Assembly (NCBI GenBank): GCA_938036315.1
Contig: CALHPK010000009.1
Location: 82,236 to 146,235 of the forward strand
DNA length: 64,000 bases
From: an uncultured bacterium
Lineage (GTDB): Bacteria > Calescibacteriota > Calescibacteriia > Calescibacteriales > Calescibacteriaceae
Direction of reading: 5' to 3'
In this document: one piece after another, positions 50,052 through 58,149 of the stretch
Position numbering within the stretch: position 1 is the stretch's first letter
Layout of the letters: the number at the start of each line of letters is the position of its first letter
Position numbers and translations under genes: made by a program
Notes under the pieces: model-generated
Databases searched by the model: none
What the model was told of the DNA's origin: nothing
What the model saw: only the letters and a program-made list of their open reading frames with translations

Positions 50052-50930
50052 CTAAACTCTTTCCTTAATCTCTTTACCAAATATCCCCTCAGGTCTTATT
50101 CCAAGGAAAATAAGACCGATAAAAAATATAAAGGCGGTCTTATACTTTATGGATACATATCCTCCAAATAGAGATTCTGTTATACCTACAATGAGGCTAC
50201 CGATGATTGCTCCGGGCGGGCTATCGAGCCCTCCTATCACTGCACCAATAAAAGCTTTCAGGAAGGGGTCAAATAAAAAAAATTGATCAACAGAATATAC
50301 TGGGGCTATAAGAATACCCGCTATTCCAGAGGCCAAAGAAGATAAAAAAAATGCAAAACCTACAACGAATCTCACATTTATACCTAAAGTTCTTGAAGCA
50401 TCAAGGTTCTGAGATATAGCTCTGAGAGCAATTCCAAGCCGAGTTTTCATAATAAGAAGATACAGAATAAACATAATAGTCAAGCTGACTACTACAATAA
50501 CCGCAAAATGCCATGTCAGTTCAATCCCCATCAAACTAAACTTTCCTGAAACAAAGTGCGGCACAGCCTTGGGGTCCGCCCCCCAAATGATAATTTCCAG
50601 ACTCTGAAAAAAATATGCAATCCCAATCGTGACTATAGTGAGTCCAAGAGGAGATACTCCTCTTTTCTGCCCTTCATAAATTATAAAAAAGTAGATAATG
50701 AATGATACACAGGCAGACAAAATTGCTCCCGCACCCCCAGCAAGAATATAAACCCACGCAGACTTATCTCCGTATTTATCCAAAATATCTATAGCAATAA
50801 AAATCCCAAATGTAGCAAAATCTGGGTGAGCAAAATTCAAAATTCTTGTAGCCCGATATACAAGAACAATCCCTAGTGAAACAAGGGCATAAATAAACCC
50901 GACTTGAATTCCAGCTATAAGATAATCCAT
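50052..50930 (-). CDS. livH: Branched-chain amino acid ABC transporter permease (LivH-type)
   Basis: LivH-like, ~292 aa, with the conserved GLDSPPGAIIGSLIVG motif. Confidence 0.7.
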   Translation of the reverse strand: MDYLIAGIQVGFIYALVSLGIVLVYRATRILNFAHPDFATFGIFIAIDILDKYGDKSAWVYILAGGAGAILSACVSFIIYFFIIYEGQKRGVSPLGLTIVTIGIAYFFQSLEIIIWGADPKAVPHFVSGKFSLMGIELTWHFAVIVVVSLTIMFILYLLIMKTRLGIALRAISQNLDASRTLGINVRFVVGFAFFLSSLASGIAGILIAPVYSVDQFFLFDPFLKAFIGAVIGGLDSPPGAIIGSLIVGITESLFGGYVSIKYKTAFIFFIGLIFLGIRPEGIFGKEIKERV

Positions 50931-50942
50931 TTAATCTCCCAT

Positions 50943-51593
50943 CTATCTTGAATAAGTTCCGTAAAACTCTGCTTCCGCCAGAACCTTTCCTTCAATAGCT
51001 TTGATAACATCAGATTTCGAAGCCTCTGGTTTTAGTCCTATATTCTCCACTGAAAGAGCTTTGAGTTTAAATATATATCTGTGAGTTCCATGCCCCACAG
51101 GAGGACACGGACCGCTCCACCCTGTCCTGCCGAAATCATTAGTTCCCTGTTTTGTTCCATCTGGAAGCTGACGAACTCTCCCGAGGTTCTCAGGTAAAGA
51201 ATTGCGCTGAGCAGGGATATCGTATATAACCCAATGATTAAAAGTTCCCCCAGGAGCATCAGGATCGTCAACTATAATGACAAAACTTCTGGTACCTTCT
51301 GGAGCACCGCTCCACTCCAAAGGTGGAGAAACATCTTCCCCACTGCAGGTGTACTTTTCCGGAATCCTCTCACCATTTCTAAAAGCGGGCGATCTTATCT
51401 CCATATGTACTACCTCCTTTTTAGATATTTGCAAAAAAGTTGAATCATCAATAATTATATTGTTATTTTCAGCATAGATATAAAAGGAAGTAATTTCTTT
51501 TACAGCGACAGAAAAAACTAATAACAATCCTATTTTTCCCACAAACAACACAGACCACTTATATATCACAAGTAGCTTTCTTATACACATCAC
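50943..51593 (-). CDS. YbhB/YbcL (PEBP/Raf-kinase-inhibitor-like) family protein
   Basis: PEBP signature DPDAPGGTFNHWVIYDIP and GPCPPVGHGTHRYIFKLKAL, with an N-terminal signal/anchor. Confidence 0.7.
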   Translation of the reverse strand: MMCIRKLLVIYKWSVLFVGKIGLLLVFSVAVKEITSFYIYAENNNIIIDDSTFLQISKKEVVHMEIRSPAFRNGERIPEKYTCSGEDVSPPLEWSGAPEGTRSFVIIVDDPDAPGGTFNHWVIYDIPAQRNSLPENLGRVRQLPDGTKQGTNDFGRTGWSGPCPPVGHGTHRYIFKLKALSVENIGLKPEASKSDVIKAIEGKVLAEAEFYGTYSR

Positions 51594-51622
51594 CTTACAT
51601 AAAAATTCATAAGTTTTTCATC

Positions 51623-54358
51623 TTAACTACTGGACCGATGTTTTCTTTTTACAAGCGAAAATATTGCTGGCATAAGAATGAATGTTGTGATCATAGAGAT
51701 GGTAATCCCTATAGCTATCGTTATTCCTAAGTGCTGAAGTCCTCTGAACCTTGCAATAACCAAGGCCATAAACCCGATAACTGTAGTTAGCGCTGCAACT
51801 AAGACCACCTTTCCCCCTTCTACTGTTGCCTTCTCAAAGCTTTTCTCTTCAGTAAGTCTATGAACCATATGTAATCCATAATCTATACCTGAGCCGACTA
51901 TTATAGCATAAGCTCCCATATTGATGTAGTGAATTTTCAATCCCAAAAGCGAGCAAATAGAAGCTGTAACTATTTCTGATATTGTAACTGGAAGCATTGC
52001 AATTAGGGCGAGTTTGACATTCCTAAATGTTATATAAGCAAAAATAAGGCATATCATATATGCCAAAGCAAGTGAAATTGCAAAATCTCTCTTTACTCTA
52101 TCTGCTATGTGCAAAAATAATGTTGCTATTCCAAAAGCAGACCTTGAAATTTCTAAAGCTTCCATAACATTCTTCCTCATATATCTTTCATCTTCCCACA
52201 GTGTCCGCTCAGGATAAGCAAATATTATGAATGAACCGTCTTTGCCTATAAATTGCTTCTTTATATCCTCTGGGAGCTCCTCAAGCGCAAACCCAGAACT
52301 TTCTGATGCAAGCTTTATATCAGATAAAAACTCTCTTACTGTCTCATAATTTACCCTCTGAAGTCTTGAAATGTCAAAACTTTCCCTTTGCTTTACCAAT
52401 TCAAGAATATCCGAAATATCTTTTTTGAGAATTTTCACTTCATCCTCTCCTTTGAAAAAACCAGAAAGAACTGCCAGCTCAGAAAGGGCTGAAGCAACGC
52501 TATACATACTCTCAAAAGCAGAATAAAGTTCAGCAGAACTGAAAAGCCCATCTTCAGGAATTGCTCCTAATCTAACATCCTTAACAACTTTGAAAACTTC
52601 TTTCACATACGGAACTTTCTCACTCATGTCTTTAGGGAAAAATGTCAAAACAGACTCCACTTTGCCGAACGTCTCCTTCTTTTCTATAAGCTCTACTTTA
52701 TGCTTCAAATCTTCAAAATCTTCTGCTGTTATCACTTGATAATCCTTCGATCTACCGAATTTCTCTATCATATAATCCTCAGATTCGATAGCATTCAATT
52801 TCGGGAAAACTTTCCGTAGGTTATACTCAAACCCAAATTTTGGTAAACCTACCACGACTAACGGAATCAAAGCTAAAAAACTGACTATTACTGCCCATGG
52901 ATGCGACTCAGCTACGTAACTAAACTTTTTGTATAATTTATCAAAATAATCTAAAACCTTCTCTTTTTTAATAAGCCTATATACAGGTTTAACGTTCATA
53001 ACAGATGGTAAAAACAGCATAGCTACCAGTGCATATATCATAACCCCAATTCCAGATACTAGCGAAAGGATTTTCACCCCCTCTATCTCAGAAATCAGAA
53101 GACATAAAAATGCAAAAGCTGTAGTTGTGAATTCCGAGAAAATAGCTGGAGAAAGGAAATAAACTGTTTCCTTAACTGATTCTTTCATATTTTCAATCCT
53201 GTTTTCCTTGGGACGAGATAGAACATAGACACCGTAATTGATACCCATCCCCATAAGAAATGCTCCAAACATTGCAGATATTACGGTCACATAACCATAA
53301 GTAAGCATAAGGAAACCAAATGTTATGGCTAAACCTATCACAAGGTAAACATTTAGAATAATAAATGAAGCTAAACTTCCGTATACAATTAGAAAGCAAA
53401 GAGTAATGGCGAAGAAAGATAGAAGTCCCCCTCTTTGCATATCCTGAAGAACCACTCTTCTTTGTTCTTCAAGAACTATATAATTCCCACCTATGTAAGT
53501 TTTCAGTCCAACACATTCGGTTTTCTCGAGCTTTTCTTTTACTGAAAAAACTCTATCATATATAATTCTGTTGAATCCATAATCATCAGCGGGTTTGTTT
53601 GGGAACACACTTATCAGAATTGCTTTCATATCAGGTGACATCAGAAATTCTTCGTCAACTGAATATTCTCTCCTTGAGTTTCCCGAAGCTACAAAAAAGC
53701 TCTTTGAAAAATTTCTTTTATACCTTTCTGGATCTATCTCCTCACCCAAAACACCAGCTTTCACATCTGTAAGCCACTTTCTCATATTCAAAACGAATTC
53801 CACAAATTCATCCTCCTCACCTTCAAATTTTTCCCTTTCCAAAATCTCCTGAGTCATTATTTTAGCCCAGTTGGAAATAAAATCTGGGAATCTTAATTCC
53901 AGAAACAGACGCCTGAATTCAAAATCCCTTCTACGGAGGAAATCCACAAAATCTTTAAGTTCCCTCTCATCTAGAAAATACAGAGCATGCTTTTTGAAAA
54001 ATTCGATATCCAGTTTTCCTCTTACACTCTTTATCTCTGGGAGTAATCTCAGTTCTCTCTCAAATGCGCGTGCGCAGTCTTTGAGCCTCCTCACGGGTTC
54101 TCCTTCGATAGCTACAAACACAAAGTCAGTTCCACCATAGTTCTCTGCAACATATCTGAATCTCTCGACATAAGGATCATCTGACGGGAGCTCATCAAAA
54201 AAAGAAAGCTTAACTTGAAAGTTCCTCAAAGAATATACAGAAAATCCAACCAAAATCAGTGTAAATGGAATGATTGCCCAATAATACTTATTAGGAATCT
54301 CAGATAATGTATCTCTGTATTTATTTGTCACCTCTTCCACCTTTTTTATGAAGTTCAC
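51623..54358 (-). CDS. MMPL/RND-superfamily membrane exporter
   Basis: 911 aa. Two bundles of ~6 TM helices each follow a large soluble domain, as in MMPL/HpnN-like transporters. Confidence 0.55.
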   Translation of the reverse strand: MNFIKKVEEVTNKYRDTLSEIPNKYYWAIIPFTLILVGFSVYSLRNFQVKLSFFDELPSDDPYVERFRYVAENYGGTDFVFVAIEGEPVRRLKDCARAFERELRLLPEIKSVRGKLDIEFFKKHALYFLDERELKDFVDFLRRRDFEFRRLFLELRFPDFISNWAKIMTQEILEREKFEGEEDEFVEFVLNMRKWLTDVKAGVLGEEIDPERYKRNFSKSFFVASGNSRREYSVDEEFLMSPDMKAILISVFPNKPADDYGFNRIIYDRVFSVKEKLEKTECVGLKTYIGGNYIVLEEQRRVVLQDMQRGGLLSFFAITLCFLIVYGSLASFIILNVYLVIGLAITFGFLMLTYGYVTVISAMFGAFLMGMGINYGVYVLSRPKENRIENMKESVKETVYFLSPAIFSEFTTTAFAFLCLLISEIEGVKILSLVSGIGVMIYALVAMLFLPSVMNVKPVYRLIKKEKVLDYFDKLYKKFSYVAESHPWAVIVSFLALIPLVVVGLPKFGFEYNLRKVFPKLNAIESEDYMIEKFGRSKDYQVITAEDFEDLKHKVELIEKKETFGKVESVLTFFPKDMSEKVPYVKEVFKVVKDVRLGAIPEDGLFSSAELYSAFESMYSVASALSELAVLSGFFKGEDEVKILKKDISDILELVKQRESFDISRLQRVNYETVREFLSDIKLASESSGFALEELPEDIKKQFIGKDGSFIIFAYPERTLWEDERYMRKNVMEALEISRSAFGIATLFLHIADRVKRDFAISLALAYMICLIFAYITFRNVKLALIAMLPVTISEIVTASICSLLGLKIHYINMGAYAIIVGSGIDYGLHMVHRLTEEKSFEKATVEGGKVVLVAALTTVIGFMALVIARFRGLQHLGITIAIGITISMITTFILMPAIFSLVKRKHRSSS

Positions 54359-54408
54359 AACTTCATTTTAGGGAGATAAAAGGATTTTTTCTTATCCAAC
54401 AAACTTTT

Positions 54409-55212
54409 TCAGTATTTTTTTCCGGAGATGAATTTTTGTCCAGTCAAGTTAAAAAATATTACAAGACAAGTTATAGCAAGGCCTGGGAATATGACAAGAT
54501 GCGGATGAGTCAGGATATAATCTATTTCTGCTGAGACGATAGATCCGAGGGAGATTTTGTGATGCGGTCTTAATCCCAAAAACCCCAGACTTCCTTCTGC
54601 CAGAATAAAAGCTGAAAATGAAAACATCAATTGCGTGAGCAATGCTGGGAATATAAATGGGAAAACATATCTTAGTATAATTCTGGGGGTTTTCACTCCT
54701 AATACATAAGCAGAAAGGATAAATTCAGAATTTTTGAGAACAAGAGACTCCGCTCGAGATATTCTTGCAAAAGATGTCCACCCAAATATAGATAATGATA
54801 TAATAAGATTCAAATCTCCGCCTCCAAATAAAGAAACAATAAAGATCACGAATATCAGAGATGGGAAACTTTGGAAAAATTCTACAATACCCATTATAAT
54901 AAAGTCGTATAATCCCCCTCGGAATCCAGCAAATGTTCCGAGAGTTCCACCTATAACAAACGATATTCCTGAGGCAAAAAAAGCTACCTTTAATGAAGAC
55001 ACAACTCCTTTACCAATAAGGCAGGCCATATCTTGGCCGAGTTCATTTGTTCCAAGCAGGAACTCAAAAGATGGCTTTAAAAATACTCTGTTGAGATCAA
55101 CTTTACTGGGCGAACAATCAGAAAACTCTGCAAATAGCAAAAGTCCCAAAGGGTATACAAGAAAAAGGGAATAAAAGACTAAATCACGAATTCTAAAGCT
55201 TGCACTTATCAT
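54409..55212 (-). CDS. Oligopeptide/dipeptide-type ABC transporter permease (DppC/OppC-like), partner-less
   Basis: LGTNELGQDMACLI (compare LGTDxLGRD) and an EAA-loop-like segment. Overlaps tsaE by 4 nt. Confidence 0.55.
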   Translation of the reverse strand: MISASFRIRDLVFYSLFLVYPLGLLLFAEFSDCSPSKVDLNRVFLKPSFEFLLGTNELGQDMACLIGKGVVSSLKVAFFASGISFVIGGTLGTFAGFRGGLYDFIIMGIVEFFQSFPSLIFVIFIVSLFGGGDLNLIISLSIFGWTSFARISRAESLVLKNSEFILSAYVLGVKTPRIILRYVFPFIFPALLTQLMFSFSAFILAEGSLGFLGLRPHHKISLGSIVSAEIDYILTHPHLVIFPGLAITCLVIFFNLTGQKFISGKKY

Positions 55213-55694
55213 TGATTTCTGTGTAAGTACAAAGTTATAAATCTCTGATCAAAATCTTCACCAAACTCAATTTTTATCTTTGCGTAATTAAAATGGGTCA
55301 GATACAATTCCACTTTTTCTCCCCATTCAAAAACTACCAGATAGTTCTCTCGTAATTTCTCGGTAGCAAAAGCCAAAATTTTTATCAAATCCTCCTCCTG
55401 TGATAATCTATATAAATCAATATGTAAAATTTTCACGGTATCAGATAAGTACTCCTGAATTATCGTGAAGGTAGGAGATGTAACTTCTTCATCGGAAATA
55501 CTGAATAGATTGGCGAGTCCCTTCACAAAAGAGGTCTTCCCGCTGCCAAGTTCCCCTTCAATAAGGATTAAAAAGTCACTACCCAAATTTCCTTGAATTT
55601 TTTTGTAGATAATTTTAGCAAGGTTTTTTGTTTCGTTCTCAGAACTCGATATGAAACTTATTCTATCTCCAAAATAGACTCTATCCCTTCCCAA
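55209..55694 (-). CDS. tsaE: tRNA threonylcarbamoyladenosine biosynthesis ATPase TsaE (YjeE)
   Basis: Walker A GELGSGKTSFVKG, ~160 aa, and the TsaE-typical SPTFTIIQEY. Confidence 0.75.
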   Translation of the reverse strand: MGRDRVYFGDRISFISSSENETKNLAKIIYKKIQGNLGSDFLILIEGELGSGKTSFVKGLANLFSISDEEVTSPTFTIIQEYLSDTVKILHIDLYRLSQEEDLIKILAFATEKLRENYLVVFEWGEKVELYLTHFNYAKIKIEFGEDFDQRFITLYLHRNQ

Positions 55695-55707
55695 ACTTGT
55701 AAACTTT

Positions 55708-56232
55708 TTACTGCTTCCACTTTACTGTACAGCCAACAGGCTGGGTCTCTTGGATAGATGGGAATTGCCCTTTTAGAACTGCTTCGAGAGCATCTACAAA
55801 GTAGTAATTTTTCACTTTGGTTTCATCTTCCCAGTTATCGTCTGGCGCTCCATGATACACGAGTTTGTGGTTTTGATCAAACAGGAAAATTTCAGGTGTC
55901 CTCTGTGCACCATATTTCCTTGCCACATCTTGACTCTCATCAAAAAGATACGGGAATGGATACCCTTTTTCCTCCGCCCTTTTTTTCATATTATCGAAGG
56001 AATCTTCGGGGTACCTTTTCGGGTCATTTGAATTTATCAGGACAAAATTAACTTTATCTTTGTATTTTTTTCCTATCTTAACGATTCTATCTTCCCACGC
56101 TTTCACGTAAGGACAGTGATTACACCAGAATATAATTGCTATTGGTTTACTTTTATCAAATGAATCAATAGAGTAAACCCTTCCATCTACCCCTGGCAAC
56201 TTAAAGTCTATAATCTGATCACCTATTTTCAT
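55708..56232 (-). CDS. Thioredoxin-fold thiol:disulfide oxidoreductase (redoxin/TlpA-like)
   Basis: WCNHC (WCxxC) active site within a thioredoxin-like fold pattern. Confidence 0.5.
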   Translation of the reverse strand: MKIGDQIIDFKLPGVDGRVYSIDSFDKSKPIAIIFWCNHCPYVKAWEDRIVKIGKKYKDKVNFVLINSNDPKRYPEDSFDNMKKRAEEKGYPFPYLFDESQDVARKYGAQRTPEIFLFDQNHKLVYHGAPDDNWEDETKVKNYYFVDALEAVLKGQFPSIQETQPVGCTVKWKQ

Positions 56233-56288
56233 AACTTGAAATTAATAACGATTCTAAATGAAAAGGTTTTTTCCACTTAAAAGAGGTC

Positions 56289-56948
56289 TTAAAACATTAT
56301 TTTTTTTCTATGCTTTATTATTTCTCCTTTGACCATAAATATAACATCTTCTCCTATATTTGTTGACAAATCAGCAATTCTTTCAAGATTTCCGGAAATC
56401 CTGATAAGATGTAGTGCCCTTTCTATAGTAGATGGATCTGATATCATATATGTTATTAGTTCTCTTATTATTTGATTTCTGTAGGCATCTATGATATCGT
56501 CTCTTTCGCATACAGATTTTGCAAGGCGAGGATCTTCTTTTATAAAAGCTTCAATACTATCATGGAACATACTTTTGACCTCTTCAGCCATCCGAGGAAT
56601 ATCGATCAGAGGTTTGACCTGCGGTCTATCTATTAGAAAAAGGGCACTCTGGGAGATATTTACCGCATGATCTCCCATCCTCTCAAGATCATTATTCATC
56701 TTCAGAGCAATTATAATAGTTCTTAAAAATTTACCTTTTGGCTGATATTTAGCAAGCATAGAAATACACATTTCATCTATTTCAAGTTCAAAGTTATTAC
56801 TCCGTGGTTCATCCTTTTTGATCACCTCTTCCAAAACGTTTTTATTTTTTTCGAGAAGTCCTGAAATTGACTTTGTAAGCATCTGAAGGATATGCTCTGA
56901 AAAAGTCCTGAGTTTCTGCTTCAGATTATCAATTTCTATATCCAGCAT
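56289..56948 (-). CDS. phoU: Phosphate transport system regulator PhoU
   Basis: Two PhoU repeats (ERMGDHAVNISQ; LERIADLSTNIGEDVIF). 219 aa. Confidence 0.75.
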   Translation of the reverse strand: MLDIEIDNLKQKLRTFSEHILQMLTKSISGLLEKNKNVLEEVIKKDEPRSNNFELEIDEMCISMLAKYQPKGKFLRTIIIALKMNNDLERMGDHAVNISQSALFLIDRPQVKPLIDIPRMAEEVKSMFHDSIEAFIKEDPRLAKSVCERDDIIDAYRNQIIRELITYMISDPSTIERALHLIRISGNLERIADLSTNIGEDVIFMVKGEIIKHRKKIMF

Positions 56949-57077
56949 CTTATAAATTCTATATAAAGTAACACACTTTATTAATATTTCAAAAATTTAA
57001 AATCTGATCAGCGAGTCAGAGTCTATCAGGCGAGAATATTGAGGGTATCACTTCTGTCAATTAAATCAATTACACAA

Positions 57078-57656
57078 TTAAATTTTATGCAAAGGTTTAT
57101 CGCTTATGATAACTTTAAGAGTATATGGATTAATTACTACCCAATTTTTTTTGTCAATCTCAATTTCAACAAATGGGATATTCAATCTCTGGAATAATAT
57201 TTCAACATCTGCCCCAAATGTTTCTTCGTTTTCTACGAAAATTGCGGTGATTTCAGAACCAATTTTAATATCTTTGACTCTTTTCCACTCACATAAAATC
57301 GGTCTTACTTCTTCGAATACAAAAGGTAAAAATCCACCGAGCTGATCTTTTAGCTTCTCTATCTCTTTTTGCTTCTCCTTCCAGAGTTCATCTATTTCTC
57401 CTGATGGCACACATTCATAGATTTCAATTTTCCTGTCTTTCTTTGTAATCTTCACTTTTAGATTCTTTTTGTTTTTTACAACTTTTTCGAGAACATCGGA
57501 GAAGATTCTGTAAACAATTCTTGCGGAGCCCTTGCTCTTTTCACCTTTGGGGAGCTGGGGGAAGGCCAATATCAACACAAGTGTAAGAATAGCTATTACA
57601 ACCGAGAGTTCTATAAGAGTAAAGGTTCTGAACTTAATGTGATTATTGATCTTCAC
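57078..57656 (-). CDS. Type IV pilin-like pseudopilin (minor T2SS pseudopilin candidate)
   Basis: N-terminal class III signal KFRTFTLIELSVVIAIL. The FTLIE motif with Glu+5 is present, but position -1 is Thr rather than Gly. Confidence 0.5.
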   Translation of the reverse strand: MKINNHIKFRTFTLIELSVVIAILTLVLILAFPQLPKGEKSKGSARIVYRIFSDVLEKVVKNKKNLKVKITKKDRKIEIYECVPSGEIDELWKEKQKEIEKLKDQLGGFLPFVFEEVRPILCEWKRVKDIKIGSEITAIFVENEETFGADVEILFQRLNIPFVEIEIDKKNWVVINPYTLKVIISDKPLHKI

Positions 57657-57668
57657 GCAAGCACCAGC

Positions 57669-58094
57669 TTAGTATTGCAGACTTTCTCCAGCCACAGCCC
57701 CACTACCCTCTAAGCTCACATCATCCTGTGTCCCCGGAGCTCTATCAGGACCGCTAGATTTCAAAGTATAGACATTACCGTCGGATAAATAATAGTAATC
57801 TGATCCCCACGGATCTTTTGGTACTTGCCTTGCTTTAAGATATCCATTCTTGACCAAAATTGCTATCCCTTCTTCCGTTGTAGGGTATCTTCCATTTTCT
57901 AGCCTATATAGTTCTAGAGCCTGCTCTATCATCGTAAGCTGAGCTCTTGCTGTCTTTTCCTTTGCCCGCTCGAAATACCTTATAACATTTATACCAACAA
58001 GTCCAACAAGAAGCCCTATAATCAGAACAACAACCATTATTTCTATCAGAGTAAAGGCTCTCACCCTTTGGACTCTACTTTTTCTTTCTGCCAT
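57669..58094 (-). CDS. gspG: Type II secretion system major pseudopilin GspG
   Basis: RAFTLIEIMVVVLIIGLLVGL prepilin N-terminus and the GspG-typical PKDPWGSDYYY segment. Position -1 is Ala rather than Gly. Confidence 0.75.
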   Translation of the reverse strand: MAERKSRVQRVRAFTLIEIMVVVLIIGLLVGLVGINVIRYFERAKEKTARAQLTMIEQALELYRLENGRYPTTEEGIAILVKNGYLKARQVPKDPWGSDYYYLSDGNVYTLKSSGPDRAPGTQDDVSLEGSGAVAGESLQY

Positions 58095-58110
58095 GAAATT
58101 CTGTTATGAA

Positions 58111-58140
58111 TAAAAAAGAAGGGGGGAACTTCCCCCCCCC
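58111..58140 (-). terminator. Rho-independent terminator (read on the minus strand: G6-AAGTT-C6 hairpin followed by TTCTTTTTT)
   Basis: Seen directly as ggggggaacttcccccc with the T-run on the minus strand. It lies between the stop of the 1342-aa gene and the gspG start, which is only ~17 nt further. Confidence 0.55.
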
Positions 58141-58149
58141 TTTGCATCT

